Below are positions 37,351 to 46,538 of a DNA stretch of 55,112 nt, piece after piece; position 1 is the stretch's first letter; every line of letters starts with the position of its first letter. The stretch is taken from IMG/VR virus record IMGVR_UViG_3300044940_000164, positions 1 to 55,112 of that record; one strand, given 5' to 3'. A model generated the notes under the pieces. That model did no database searches and had not been told where the DNA came from. It saw only the letters and a list, made by a program, of their open reading frames with translations. The position numbers and the translations under genes are program-made. The DNA comes from a virus. Lineage: Duplodnaviria; Caudoviricetes.

Positions 37351-38451
37351 TTAAAGAACTTTGACCTTCATGGTCTTGTTTTCGTGAATCGGTACCATGA
37401 TCGGTGCCGTTTCTGTCATCACGTTATTGTGTACGTTTGAACCAACGGACAACCATGAACGAGTCAAGATGTCTGTAGGGCCAACACCTAATGAAACCGC
37501 GTTAGGGATCAATCCGTATGCCTCTACGACTTCATAATCACCTGCCACTAAAAGAATCGTGTCGGGATCCATTAGATTAACTTCTGTTTCCAGGCCTACA
37601 ATGCTAGGATGCGGTACGATCATCTTCTGACGATTCACCCAGAACTCGATCTCAAATCCAAATTCCCCAGCAGCGATACGTCCAATCATGGAGTAATCGT
37701 TTGGTTGCATTGGCCCGATATTGAAGTTTCCAGTAGTTCCACGAATGTCCGTAGACAAGAGCTCTTTCACTTGAGGGTCACTCAAGAAAACTCGAGCCGC
37801 ATTTGTACCCATAATAATACGAGCAACAGTCCCGCCGAACTTAATATCTTCCATAGTGCGAGCGTAATCCGCAATTTCTTGCAAGATGTTTACGCCAGCT
37901 TCACCCCATCGACTTCCAGGTGCCAGGGTAAGATCTAAGCTTGGATCGCGATTAAAGTCCAAAAGGCGTGCAGGATATTCGGGACCTTGAATCAGTAAGC
38001 TCCCGTTCAACATGACTTCTGAAGCCATTTGCTCCAAGCGATTGTCCACCAAGTCTCTTTGATGACGCAGGATCTCACCGACAGCCGCAGCTTCTCTAGC
38101 TGCGGGAGATCCGTTATCTAAGGTAGCGATTTGGCCGGGTTGTTTCCGAACATATGAAGAAGGGCTAACCACATCGTTCAATTTAATGAACGCAGGTTTG
38201 AATGCGCGAACTTCACTTTGAACATCATAGCTAGGAACGCCGTCAGCCATCGGGCGAACGTATGGAGCTGCTTTTCGAGATTTGTAAATTTTCTCGAAAA
38301 TGATACTTTCTGTGTCGAAAATCATAGGAGCCGCTGACCCTTTTAATGTCCGCCAGAAGGTCTGGGGACGACGGAGATCTTCGAAAAGACCCATCAGCGT
38401 CTTGGTATCGTATAATGTAGTTAAATCGGGTAATCCGTTAGTGAATGGCAT
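37351..38451 (-). CDS. Major capsid protein (lambda gpE family)
   Basis: APYVxP...FKPAFIK...RLEQMA..L..G motifs. Confidence 0.92.
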   Translation of the reverse strand: MPFTNGLPDLTTLYDTKTLMGLFEDLRRPQTFWRTLKGSAAPMIFDTESIIFEKIYKSRKAAPYVRPMADGVPSYDVQSEVRAFKPAFIKLNDVVSPSSYVRKQPGQIATLDNGSPAAREAAAVGEILRHQRDLVDNRLEQMASEVMLNGSLLIQGPEYPARLLDFNRDPSLDLTLAPGSRWGEAGVNILQEIADYARTMEDIKFGGTVARIIMGTNAARVFLSDPQVKELLSTDIRGTTGNFNIGPMQPNDYSMIGRIAAGEFGFEIEFWVNRQKMIVPHPSIVGLETEVNLMDPDTILLVAGDYEVVEAYGLIPNAVSLGVGPTDILTRSWLSVGSNVHNNVMTETAPIMVPIHENKTMKVKVL

Positions 38452-38462
38452 ATCTGTTCTCC

Positions 38463-38897
38463 TTACTCGATACCTTGATACATGAACTCAACCATCTGGA
38501 TATTAGATCCAGGATAATTGAATGCATTAAGTTTTTTCTCTAATGTGTCAAAAGACGCATGGTAGTGAACTCGTTCCGGATTAAACTTGCCGGACGTTAT
38601 TACGGGAATTCCTGCACCTGTTAAGTCCTCGTCTACCGATGTCCCTGTTAAACCAAAAGGCTGAACGCCAGCTTGGTAGTCAGTGAAAGTGTAAACGTCA
38701 ACTTCCATAGCGCTATTCAGCTTAACTACTGTGAATTCTTTCACACTTTGTCCAGTAACAAGCGCGTCGGATACTACTCGGCGGACAGTGTTATATTGAC
38801 CGTGGCCAGAAGCAAGAACCTCTCCGCGAGTAAATCGCTGAGTTTCATAGCCAGCTACGCCTAAATCTAAATCATCTGATACGTTAATATCTGGCAT
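38463..38897 (-). CDS. Head decoration protein (gpD-like)
   Basis: Between protease and capsid; GxFNP motif. Confidence 0.8.
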   Translation of the reverse strand: MPDINVSDDLDLGVAGYETQRFTRGEVLASGHGQYNTVRRVVSDALVTGQSVKEFTVVKLNSAMEVDVYTFTDYQAGVQPFGLTGTSVDEDLTGAGIPVITSGKFNPERVHYHASFDTLEKKLNAFNYPGSNIQMVEFMYQGIE

Positions 38898-38899
38898 CT

Positions 38900-40060
38900 T
38901 TATTCTCCTTTTCTAGGTGTAATGTTTAAGATTGGTCCCCAAATCGTGTGGTCGGCTTTCTTCTCGGCCGCTGGGACATCTGCCCCAACGCCCGCGTCAG
39001 GATTTTTAGTAGATAGCATCAACTTTTCGAAGCTCTCTTTTTCAGCGACTTTAGGTGCTTGCTTTAGAAGAGCAACTGCCTGTTCAGCAGTTAGATCTGT
39101 AGTGAAAGCTATTGTCTTAGCTAAGTCTTCACGACCTTCAGCTTCAGAGGATTCTATAATTGCTTGAATACGGCCTTGAGCAGCGATAGCCGCGTCTTTC
39201 TGTACTTTTGCAATATCGATTTCGGGTTTTTGAGCCGAGTCGGTCATGGTTGTCTCCTTATTTACGTTTTTATTATTGTATCCGTTTATTCGTTCGTTGA
39301 CAAGCGAAATTTTATCTACTAAGCCAAGTTCTTTTCCTTCCTCCCCGGTAAATGACGCTGCTTCTAAATTGATGACGTCTTCTACTGTCATGTTAGGCCT
39401 ACGACTAGCAATAAGTTGTGCGAACTGTTTTCCAATTCTATCTATGTCTTCTTGCATTTTTTGTTTAGTATCGTCGCTTAATGCTTCGTAGGGATTGCCT
39501 TCTGCTTTACGCTTCCCGGACTTCATCACTGTAACAGTGACCCCCTCCTGTTCCAATGCTTTCTCGAAACTTTGATGAATTACTATAGCCCCTATCGAGC
39601 CCACTACCGCGCTCGGTTGCGCCACGATCGTATCGGCAACAGACGCCATCATATACGCACCGCTAGTAGCGTAGCCTTTGGTTTGGGCTGTCACTGGTTT
39701 AGTTTTGCTCGATACCATTAACGCAACGGCTTCGAACGCGCCTTGAACAACACCGCCAGGAGAGTTAATGTCGAGTACGACTTCTTTCACTTTGGGGTCG
39801 TTCATACCTTCCATGAACGCCTCGACTATGTAATCGTAAGACGTGAATAAGCCATCTACAGTTATATTCATGCGATTCAGAAGCATTCCGGATACTGGGA
39901 TTTTTAGGACTCCGTTTTTAACTTCGTATGGTTGGTAGATTGGATCTCTGCTCGTTTCCGACAGAGATGATATCTCGAGACAGCTAACTCGGTTAAGAGC
40001 GGTCTGATAGAGATCAACAAATTGTTCATTGAGAATTAAAATTTCGCTGCTTTTTTTCAT
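38900..40060 (-). CDS. S49-family prohead protease / scaffold (gpC-like)
   Basis: LDINSPGG, ATSGAY, VGSIG, GLVDKI motifs. Confidence 0.93.
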   Translation of the reverse strand: MKKSSEILILNEQFVDLYQTALNRVSCLEISSLSETSRDPIYQPYEVKNGVLKIPVSGMLLNRMNITVDGLFTSYDYIVEAFMEGMNDPKVKEVVLDINSPGGVVQGAFEAVALMVSSKTKPVTAQTKGYATSGAYMMASVADTIVAQPSAVVGSIGAIVIHQSFEKALEQEGVTVTVMKSGKRKAEGNPYEALSDDTKQKMQEDIDRIGKQFAQLIASRRPNMTVEDVINLEAASFTGEEGKELGLVDKISLVNERINGYNNKNVNKETTMTDSAQKPEIDIAKVQKDAAIAAQGRIQAIIESSEAEGREDLAKTIAFTTDLTAEQAVALLKQAPKVAEKESFEKLMLSTKNPDAGVGADVPAAEKKADHTIWGPILNITPRKGE

Positions 40061-41685
40061 TTCTTTGGCTCCGGTGCGGCTACTTGTCCTGCTTTTCCTT
40101 TTACAGAATTCATCATATCAGATTCTTGAACGTCTGGCAACAGTCCAGCGGCTTCTCGCATTTTTTGTTCTCTTGATTGCTGACGGATAACTTCGCGGTA
40201 ATCTAGGCCGAGTGCTTGGCATTCTTTCTGCAATGTTGAAACTCCTGACAATAATCGGAGCTGCGCTGCTTGGGTCTCCTTCAATTCTTCTACTTGGCCC
40301 CGACCCGCGCCGATGAACCATCCGGCCGTCAAAGCTTCGCGAGTTAGCCCTGAATAAAAGTCTGAAAGAGACATTTCACTCGCAGGTAAAGTTTCTATCT
40401 GATTTGACTGGATAGCCTCTTCCAACCAGAGCGCGTATATTTCCGAAGCCAGGTAGTCAACTATGAAAGCTTTTTTCGCTTGCAATGATTTCCAAGTCTC
40501 GTTCATGGACGCCCGAGCAGAAGAGTAATTAGTATTGGAATAGTCCTTGGATAACTGCTCGTAGGAAATACCCAGAGACGCGGCGATATATCTTAGTAGC
40601 GACGCCTCGAACTGCGTACCCAATGGTCCCCCTTGCGTAGGAGACAGCATCTTAAGCTTGGTGCCCGGAAACATCACAGGGACTTGAGTCCCGTTAATAC
40701 GATGAGCGTTTGGATTTGCTTTAACCCATTCAGCCACCCCCGCAAGGTAACTTCCATATATCTGATTGGATACCTCTGAATATGAATTCTCTGAAGCTTT
40801 AGATTTCTTGCCAGCGCCCAAAGCGGTGTATATTTCTTCCCCCACAGGTACTTCTGTCTCCACGACCGCCGCATAAGTGGCTTGCACGACAGCATTCTGT
40901 AAAACTATTTCGCGGAATTTTTTAGTAACGTTTAATTCCTTTAAGATACTGACCATGTTTGTCACGCCGCGAGACTGATCGACTCGCTCTTGCTCAAATA
41001 CGTGTAGAACCATTGGGCGGCCCCACTCTTTCTTGGCTGGAATCCTGGTGTAATCCAGAGCATTTCTCTGTGTCGATCCAATTTCGGCTGGGTGATCTCG
41101 ACGTATGTGATATGCTACAGCTTCTCCGTATTTGTTTTTTTCTATGCCGCCGACTGCATATTTGTTGACGATCATGCCCGGGGGATTAGACAGACGCGCT
41201 GGGTCGATCATTTGAATACACGTGCCATATGGTCGGGATAAACCTCGTCTTTTATATTCTACAGTCGCTATAATTTCCCCATGAATCAAATATTGCGCGA
41301 TCGCTAATCTCAGAAGTTTACTGAAGTTATTATGACCCGAAGCGTCAACCCAATTACGACGGGATTCCGCCCATAGCTGAAATTTACTTTCAACTTCTTC
41401 AGCAAAAGCTTCTGCCCATTCTTCCGTTCTGCCCAAAACCTTATAGTTCGGTTTGGCGACTAGATTATACGACGTTCCAATTATGTTATCTTTGTGAAAA
41501 TCTATTGCGCCGTCGATGTACGAATCATTTCGCGCTGAATCCAGAGTTCTTGCGTCAATGACATATTTATGTGGGAGTAAATCGGCATCTGCGGATCTTT
41601 GCGGAGGGTTCCAACTAGCTAACTGCCTATTAAAGACTTCAGCCCCTTCAAATGGGACCCCCATTCCTACTTGTGTTTCTACCAT
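40057..41685 (-). CDS. Portal protein (lambda gpB family)
   Basis: QSRGV, LGISYEQLSKDYS..NYSSARA motifs. Confidence 0.95.
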   Translation of the reverse strand: MVETQVGMGVPFEGAEVFNRQLASWNPPQRSADADLLPHKYVIDARTLDSARNDSYIDGAIDFHKDNIIGTSYNLVAKPNYKVLGRTEEWAEAFAEEVESKFQLWAESRRNWVDASGHNNFSKLLRLAIAQYLIHGEIIATVEYKRRGLSRPYGTCIQMIDPARLSNPPGMIVNKYAVGGIEKNKYGEAVAYHIRRDHPAEIGSTQRNALDYTRIPAKKEWGRPMVLHVFEQERVDQSRGVTNMVSILKELNVTKKFREIVLQNAVVQATYAAVVETEVPVGEEIYTALGAGKKSKASENSYSEVSNQIYGSYLAGVAEWVKANPNAHRINGTQVPVMFPGTKLKMLSPTQGGPLGTQFEASLLRYIAASLGISYEQLSKDYSNTNYSSARASMNETWKSLQAKKAFIVDYLASEIYALWLEEAIQSNQIETLPASEMSLSDFYSGLTREALTAGWFIGAGRGQVEELKETQAAQLRLLSGVSTLQKECQALGLDYREVIRQQSREQKMREAAGLLPDVQESDMMNSVKGKAGQVAAPEPKK

Positions 41686-41694
41686 TCGATCCCC

Positions 41695-41928
41695 CTAAAG
41701 AAAGAATTCTATTGGGCGAAGAACATTTCTACACCCGATTTGGTTCTCTAAATACTGTATGTAATCTTCCAGATCTTTCTTTGTCGACCTAGTGTACTTA
41801 ACAGACTCTCCGTTTTGATCTCTTACCTCAACTGCTTGCTTCCCCATCATTAGATTATGTAGCGCCATTTTCGCTTGGCGAAGCATAAGTTCGAGTTCTT
41901 CTTTGGTGAATAATGGCGTGCACGTCAT
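41695..41928 (-). CDS. Head completion protein (gpW-like)
   Basis: ALHxLMMGK..V...DQNGESVxY...L..YI..LE. Confidence 0.9.
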   Translation of the reverse strand: MTCTPLFTKEELELMLRQAKMALHNLMMGKQAVEVRDQNGESVKYTRSTKKDLEDYIQYLENQIGCRNVLRPIEFFL

Positions 41929-44006
41929 GTTAATACCTTTGCTAAGTCCCCTAAATTATAACTTGTTTTTACTGGATTATCAAACCTTTTATTTCCCCCA
42001 GAGAAAACCAAATCGTTTTCTTCCCAAATCTCAGCCCATCCCGGGGGATCATCCCAGTCAATGTCCTCTATACCGACAAAACTCTTATTGATGGCTACCG
42101 CGATGGCGTACACCAATAGATCCCAAGCCTCGTTTCGATTTTTTCCAATTTTTTTCCAGCCTTTAGGTGTTAGTCTCTCGGCGCATAGCTCCTCGTAAAA
42201 CCAATCTGGGAGCCATTTCGGAAAATTTATCCGGCCACCAAAAGGATCTGTACGATCAAGCATAGAATTTAATTGACACTTCAGCTCATGAGTATTTAAC
42301 ATCATAACAGGAACTTCGCCGTTCGCGTTAGCCTTGGAACCTTTCCTTGTGGATTCCGGATAGACAATTTTCTGGCGGGGTGCGACTTTCGATGTAGATC
42401 CTTTAGTCAGGATGAATCTCCGGTACAGCCCGGGATTTTCCTCATGATCGTATTTTAGGTATTTGTAGAATTCATACGCTTTCGCCGTTACGCCCTCTTC
42501 ACCGGCAGAATCGCAAGAAATCATCTTAATTTGCATATACATATCGTCTTCGCCGTGAAGTGGATACGCTCTCTCCATAACTTGCGAAATTAATAATTTC
42601 CAATCCTCCACATACGAACCAGGTTTTACCCACAGAACATCGCCTTCGGTATCTTTTCTTTCCGATTTTTTCACATCGAATCTATCGACCACCCAGATGT
42701 CGCCGCCCACTCCAAAACCGTGTACTTGTACCTTAAACATGTTTTTTTGAACGTCAATATTAGCAATCAAGAAACGCACGCCTTTCGGTACGACTTTATG
42801 GCCGTATTCACGGGCACGAGCTTTCAGTAGTTCTGGAAGCCTTTCAGTTCCAAGACCTCTAGGGACGTATGGTTCGCCAAACTTCGTATTTATGCATACT
42901 TTCAAATTCTCTTGTTTTCCAGTTCGTTCGAATTCGTCTTCTGCATTTAAGAGATCTTCCAGTAAACCCCTCCAGTTACTCATTCCTGCGGCAACCCCTT
43001 TCAACCAGAAAGAAGCGACAGTGCTTTTTACCGGCTCTCCGTGGAGTTTCCCTTCGCGATCTAGCCATTGCCCGTCTTTTACCCATCTGCCATTTAAGTT
43101 CATTTGGGCTTTCCCCGGGATGTTTTTATCGGGGTTCCCATCATGGTAGATTTTTTGGCCACAGTGGGGGCACTCCATATGTACTGAATCGAGAGCTTTA
43201 CCCATACCCTGATCTTCGTCCCATCTTAATAGAGATCTATCCGGCTCAAACCACTCTCGACACCCGAAGCACTGCCAGTAGAATCTTCTCCGATCGCCCT
43301 TATTATATAGCGATAAGATACCCCCGACGTGCGGGGCTTCATGTTTCGTTTTCGGGACGTAATTCGGATCCAAAACATCTCGACCGGGCGTGGATTCTGA
43401 AACGCACATTGCCCGACTACCAAAAACGGTCGTCCTCGCTACCCCCAATGCGTGAGGTGCGCCTTCGCCGTCAACGTCTTCAGGCATTCGATCGTAGTCA
43501 GTCAAAAAAACCTTTGGGACCGTCTTAGACGACATTTCCGTAATAGACGGCCACGAGTAGCGAACTTTCATTCCTGATCTAAATCTCGTAGTTGTAGTAG
43601 TGTGCGCCTTAGCGCCAGGCGCTAACGCGCTGCGGATGTCTTTACTGTGGCGGAACAGTTTCTCCATCGTATCACCACTGTAATATCGGGCGGATTGCTG
43701 TGACGTGTGGTAGAGAATCATATCCGCAGGATCGCATTTCGCGGTGTGAGTCATCCAGTCCGCAAACATATCCGTTTTACCCATCTGTGCGGACCCAACG
43801 AATATCATTTCCGTGTATTCGTCCGAAGTCAGCGTCTCTAAAGGTTCACGCATATATGGGGTTTTTTCCGATTTCCAAGGTCCAACGTAAGAGCCGGGGT
43901 TCGAAATCCAGATATATTTCTCTGCGGCTTGCCAGACGTTCAGTCTTTCCGCGGGCCGGATCATTTCCGCGGTATCCACTAACAGGGCTTCCAAAGAATT
44001 ATTCAT
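41925..44006 (-). CDS. terL: Terminase large subunit (lambda gpA family)
   Basis: SAQMGKT Walker A, ESTP, IDVQ, RNEAWDLLVYA; GGAGGAG RBS favours ATG 44006. Confidence 0.95.
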   Translation of the reverse strand: MNNSLEALLVDTAEMIRPAERLNVWQAAEKYIWISNPGSYVGPWKSEKTPYMREPLETLTSDEYTEMIFVGSAQMGKTDMFADWMTHTAKCDPADMILYHTSQQSARYYSGDTMEKLFRHSKDIRSALAPGAKAHTTTTTRFRSGMKVRYSWPSITEMSSKTVPKVFLTDYDRMPEDVDGEGAPHALGVARTTVFGSRAMCVSESTPGRDVLDPNYVPKTKHEAPHVGGILSLYNKGDRRRFYWQCFGCREWFEPDRSLLRWDEDQGMGKALDSVHMECPHCGQKIYHDGNPDKNIPGKAQMNLNGRWVKDGQWLDREGKLHGEPVKSTVASFWLKGVAAGMSNWRGLLEDLLNAEDEFERTGKQENLKVCINTKFGEPYVPRGLGTERLPELLKARAREYGHKVVPKGVRFLIANIDVQKNMFKVQVHGFGVGGDIWVVDRFDVKKSERKDTEGDVLWVKPGSYVEDWKLLISQVMERAYPLHGEDDMYMQIKMISCDSAGEEGVTAKAYEFYKYLKYDHEENPGLYRRFILTKGSTSKVAPRQKIVYPESTRKGSKANANGEVPVMMLNTHELKCQLNSMLDRTDPFGGRINFPKWLPDWFYEELCAERLTPKGWKKIGKNRNEAWDLLVYAIAVAINKSFVGIEDIDWDDPPGWAEIWEENDLVFSGGNKRFDNPVKTSYNLGDLAKVLT

Positions 44007-44595
44007 CGTACTGCTCCTCCAAATACGACTTTGACGTTCCTGTTTTCCCTCTTTCCAGTAACATACCATGCATATCGTTTTGCAGAGAGTCCACTAAATC
44101 TTTGATGACTTTCTTTTGCTCAGAAGTAGTCGTGGCATTTTTTTCTATTGTGTCGATCCACAAGTTCATGCACCCTCTCATGTGCTTTAGCGTCTCGGCA
44201 AAAACCTCAAGTACCAACTCCGTTCGCCAAAGCTGTCCAGCCTCCTCCCTAAACTTCATTTCTTTGAGTTTGGCATCCCAGTAGTCACGATTTATTTTAT
44301 TGGGTAGTTGTTCCGGACGAATAGTCTGCAAATATTCGTTGAGATCTATTTCTGGGTCGACAAGGTATTGACATGCTTTTCTGAAATTCCAAAGATCTGA
44401 GCCCCCTTTGCCGCGTCCTATAGGAGAGATCTTTGCTAATTTCTTCCTTACGGTTCTGGGGTCCATCTGGAACATTTGGCCAAGCCAGTTCGCTGTCACG
44501 CCATTGGAGACTCTGGGATCGTAGACAGGGCTACGGCTATCCTCCGGCCCATCGGATTCTCCAAACTCGTCAACCGTATCGTCGAATTCTCCCAT
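43999..44595 (-). CDS. terS: Terminase small subunit (Nu1-like)
   Basis: N-terminal wHTH (WLGQMFQMDPRTV), YWDA...E.G.LW.T; upstream of terL. Confidence 0.88.
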   Translation of the reverse strand: MGEFDDTVDEFGESDGPEDSRSPVYDPRVSNGVTANWLGQMFQMDPRTVRKKLAKISPIGRGKGGSDLWNFRKACQYLVDPEIDLNEYLQTIRPEQLPNKINRDYWDAKLKEMKFREEAGQLWRTELVLEVFAETLKHMRGCMNLWIDTIEKNATTTSEQKKVIKDLVDSLQNDMHGMLLERGKTGTSKSYLEEQYDE

Positions 44596-44617
44596 ATCTG
44601 TATTCTCCCATATCTGT
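44586..44617. repeat. Exact 16-bp tandem duplication across the terS start codon
   Basis: ATTCTCCCATATCTGT twice. Confidence 0.9.
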
Positions 44618-44629
44618 ATTCTACACCTT

Positions 44630-46060
44630 TTAATAGCTATCCACCAGTGTTTTATCTGCTTGTAGGATCGTTAAAATCTCGTCCTGATTTGCTGCTTTGC
44701 TGATCAGGGCCGCATAAACTCTTTCGTCGTATGTGCCAGCGGTTAATATGTGGTAAATAATGACTTTCTCTTCTGTCTGACCTGGGCGAACCAGGCGACG
44801 ATTGAATTGCTGATAAAGCTCGAGACTCCAAGTAAGACCATACCAGACGCATATATTTGAGCCTTTCTGTAAGTTTAGACCGTGGCCTATACTGGCGGGG
44901 TGTGCAATCAGTAGTGGAATTTTCCCGGCGTTCCAATTCGCCACGGCGTCTTCGGTATCCTCAAAAATACAAGCTTGAGGAAATTTATCTTTTATGCGAT
45001 CTTTGTCAAATTCATATGAGTAGGCCACTAAAATAGGCTTCCCGTCGGCCGACTCGATTATTTCTTTTAGCGCGTCTGCTTTAAGATCATGAATTTCTAT
45101 TGTCTCTAATCTGACTCCAAAATCATCATTTCGATAGATAGAACCGTTGCATAATTGTAAAAGTTTCTGAGCAAGAACTCCCGCAGATTTTGCCCGGATC
45201 TCTTCCTCCCAAAGCACACGAGTTTTCAGTAGTGTATCGTATTTGCTTTGAGTCTTTTTATTCATATGAACGTAATAAGGAATATCTACTTGTTGCGGTA
45301 ACTCGACATAATCCTCTGTTTTAAGCGTCACACAAATATCTTTAATTCTATCGGTTATTTGCTGGACAGCAAAAGACTTAGGAGTGATTTTTCTGGTGTA
45401 TGGGCAAGTATCGAACCAGCGCTGCATAAACGCACTTCGGCTATTACCCAAGCGCTCCCCCAGATCTAATAAATAAACAAGACCCCCTATGTCTTGTATT
45501 CCGTTCGGAGAGGGAGTGCCCGATAATTCAACAACCCTTTTCAGATATTTCTTTCGGGCTTTTACTAAGATTCCGTAACCATTCATTCTGCCGCCAGAGG
45601 TTTTTCCCTGTTTTCTTGTCACCGCAGATCGCTGCTTCCAGGATTTTAACCGCGACGCTTCGTCGTATATTAAAGCATCGTAGGGCCACGTTTTTCCGTT
45701 CTGGAAAAATTCCCACAGCCATACCAAATTCTCTCGATTGGTAATATGGATGGGGGCAGGTGAAAGCGCCGCGTTACCACGAGAAATCAGATCCATTTCT
45801 CCGAGAATTAGAGAATGCTCCAAACCTATGAGATGCTCCCATTCTTTTTTTTCGTCGGGCCAAGTATCCTTCGCGACTCGAATAGGCGCCACTATCAACA
45901 CTTTTTTAGCCATTTTACAATCCAGCCAAATTTTTGCCGTAGTCCATCCAGCGGCAGTTTTTCCAAAACCCATGTCCGCGCCCCAAAGACAGTAGGGTCT
46001 TTCCAGAGCGTAATCAATTAAGAAATTCTGAGCAGATCGAAGTTCACTTAATGAGCGCAT
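44630..46060 (-). CDS. SNF2-like superfamily 2 helicase
   Basis: DMGFGKT, DEAS, SGTP, GHGLNLQ, Q..RRL.RPGQ. Confidence 0.93.
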   Translation of the reverse strand: MRSLSELRSAQNFLIDYALERPYCLWGADMGFGKTAAGWTTAKIWLDCKMAKKVLIVAPIRVAKDTWPDEKKEWEHLIGLEHSLILGEMDLISRGNAALSPAPIHITNRENLVWLWEFFQNGKTWPYDALIYDEASRLKSWKQRSAVTRKQGKTSGGRMNGYGILVKARKKYLKRVVELSGTPSPNGIQDIGGLVYLLDLGERLGNSRSAFMQRWFDTCPYTRKITPKSFAVQQITDRIKDICVTLKTEDYVELPQQVDIPYYVHMNKKTQSKYDTLLKTRVLWEEEIRAKSAGVLAQKLLQLCNGSIYRNDDFGVRLETIEIHDLKADALKEIIESADGKPILVAYSYEFDKDRIKDKFPQACIFEDTEDAVANWNAGKIPLLIAHPASIGHGLNLQKGSNICVWYGLTWSLELYQQFNRRLVRPGQTEEKVIIYHILTAGTYDERVYAALISKAANQDEILTILQADKTLVDSY

Positions 46061-46316
46061 CTACACCCTCTATACTATCTATGACGTGAACGACTACACC
46101 TTGCTTTGCCAACTCGCGGTGTTCCCACATTTGCGAATCACTGAGTTCGCCTGTTGGGGACTTGAACTCGATAAACACTATCTGCCCGTCGTGCGCAAAC
46201 AACCTATCGGGGGCGCCGTCACATCCAATCCAAGAAAGTTTCCGAGTAAACCACCCCAACTTAGCTGCTTTTTTTACGGCATACCCTTCGATGTCGGCTT
46301 CTATATAATCGATCAT
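46044..46316 (-). CDS. VRR-NUC domain nuclease
   Basis: GAPDR...FIEFK...Q motif. Confidence 0.92.
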   Translation of the reverse strand: MIDYIEADIEGYAVKKAAKLGWFTRKLSWIGCDGAPDRLFAHDGQIVFIEFKSPTGELSDSQMWEHRELAKQGVVVHVIDSIEGVDALIK

Positions 46317-46537
46317 ATCTCGCTCTCCAAACGTAAAACAACTTGATGCGCTCTTTCGTATGTTTCCGCGTTTGTGAACTCCATTTCGCGGAGCATAGAT
46401 TGCGCGTCTTTACTTTTAGCTTGTATTAAATATTTATCTGAGTGCTCCAAAAAATACTCTCGTGTTTCTTGCCAAAGCAATCCACAAACTCTGTAGTCCC
46501 CCGAAGCTATATACGCTAAAAACTCTATATAAGTCAT
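46313..46537 (-). CDS. Hypothetical protein
   Basis: 74 aa ORF filling the gap between PolA and VRR-NUC. Confidence 0.65.
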   Translation of the reverse strand: MTYIEFLAYIASGDYRVCGLLWQETREYFLEHSDKYLIQAKSKDAQSMLREMEFTNAETYERAHQVVLRLESEI

Positions 46538-46538
46538 A

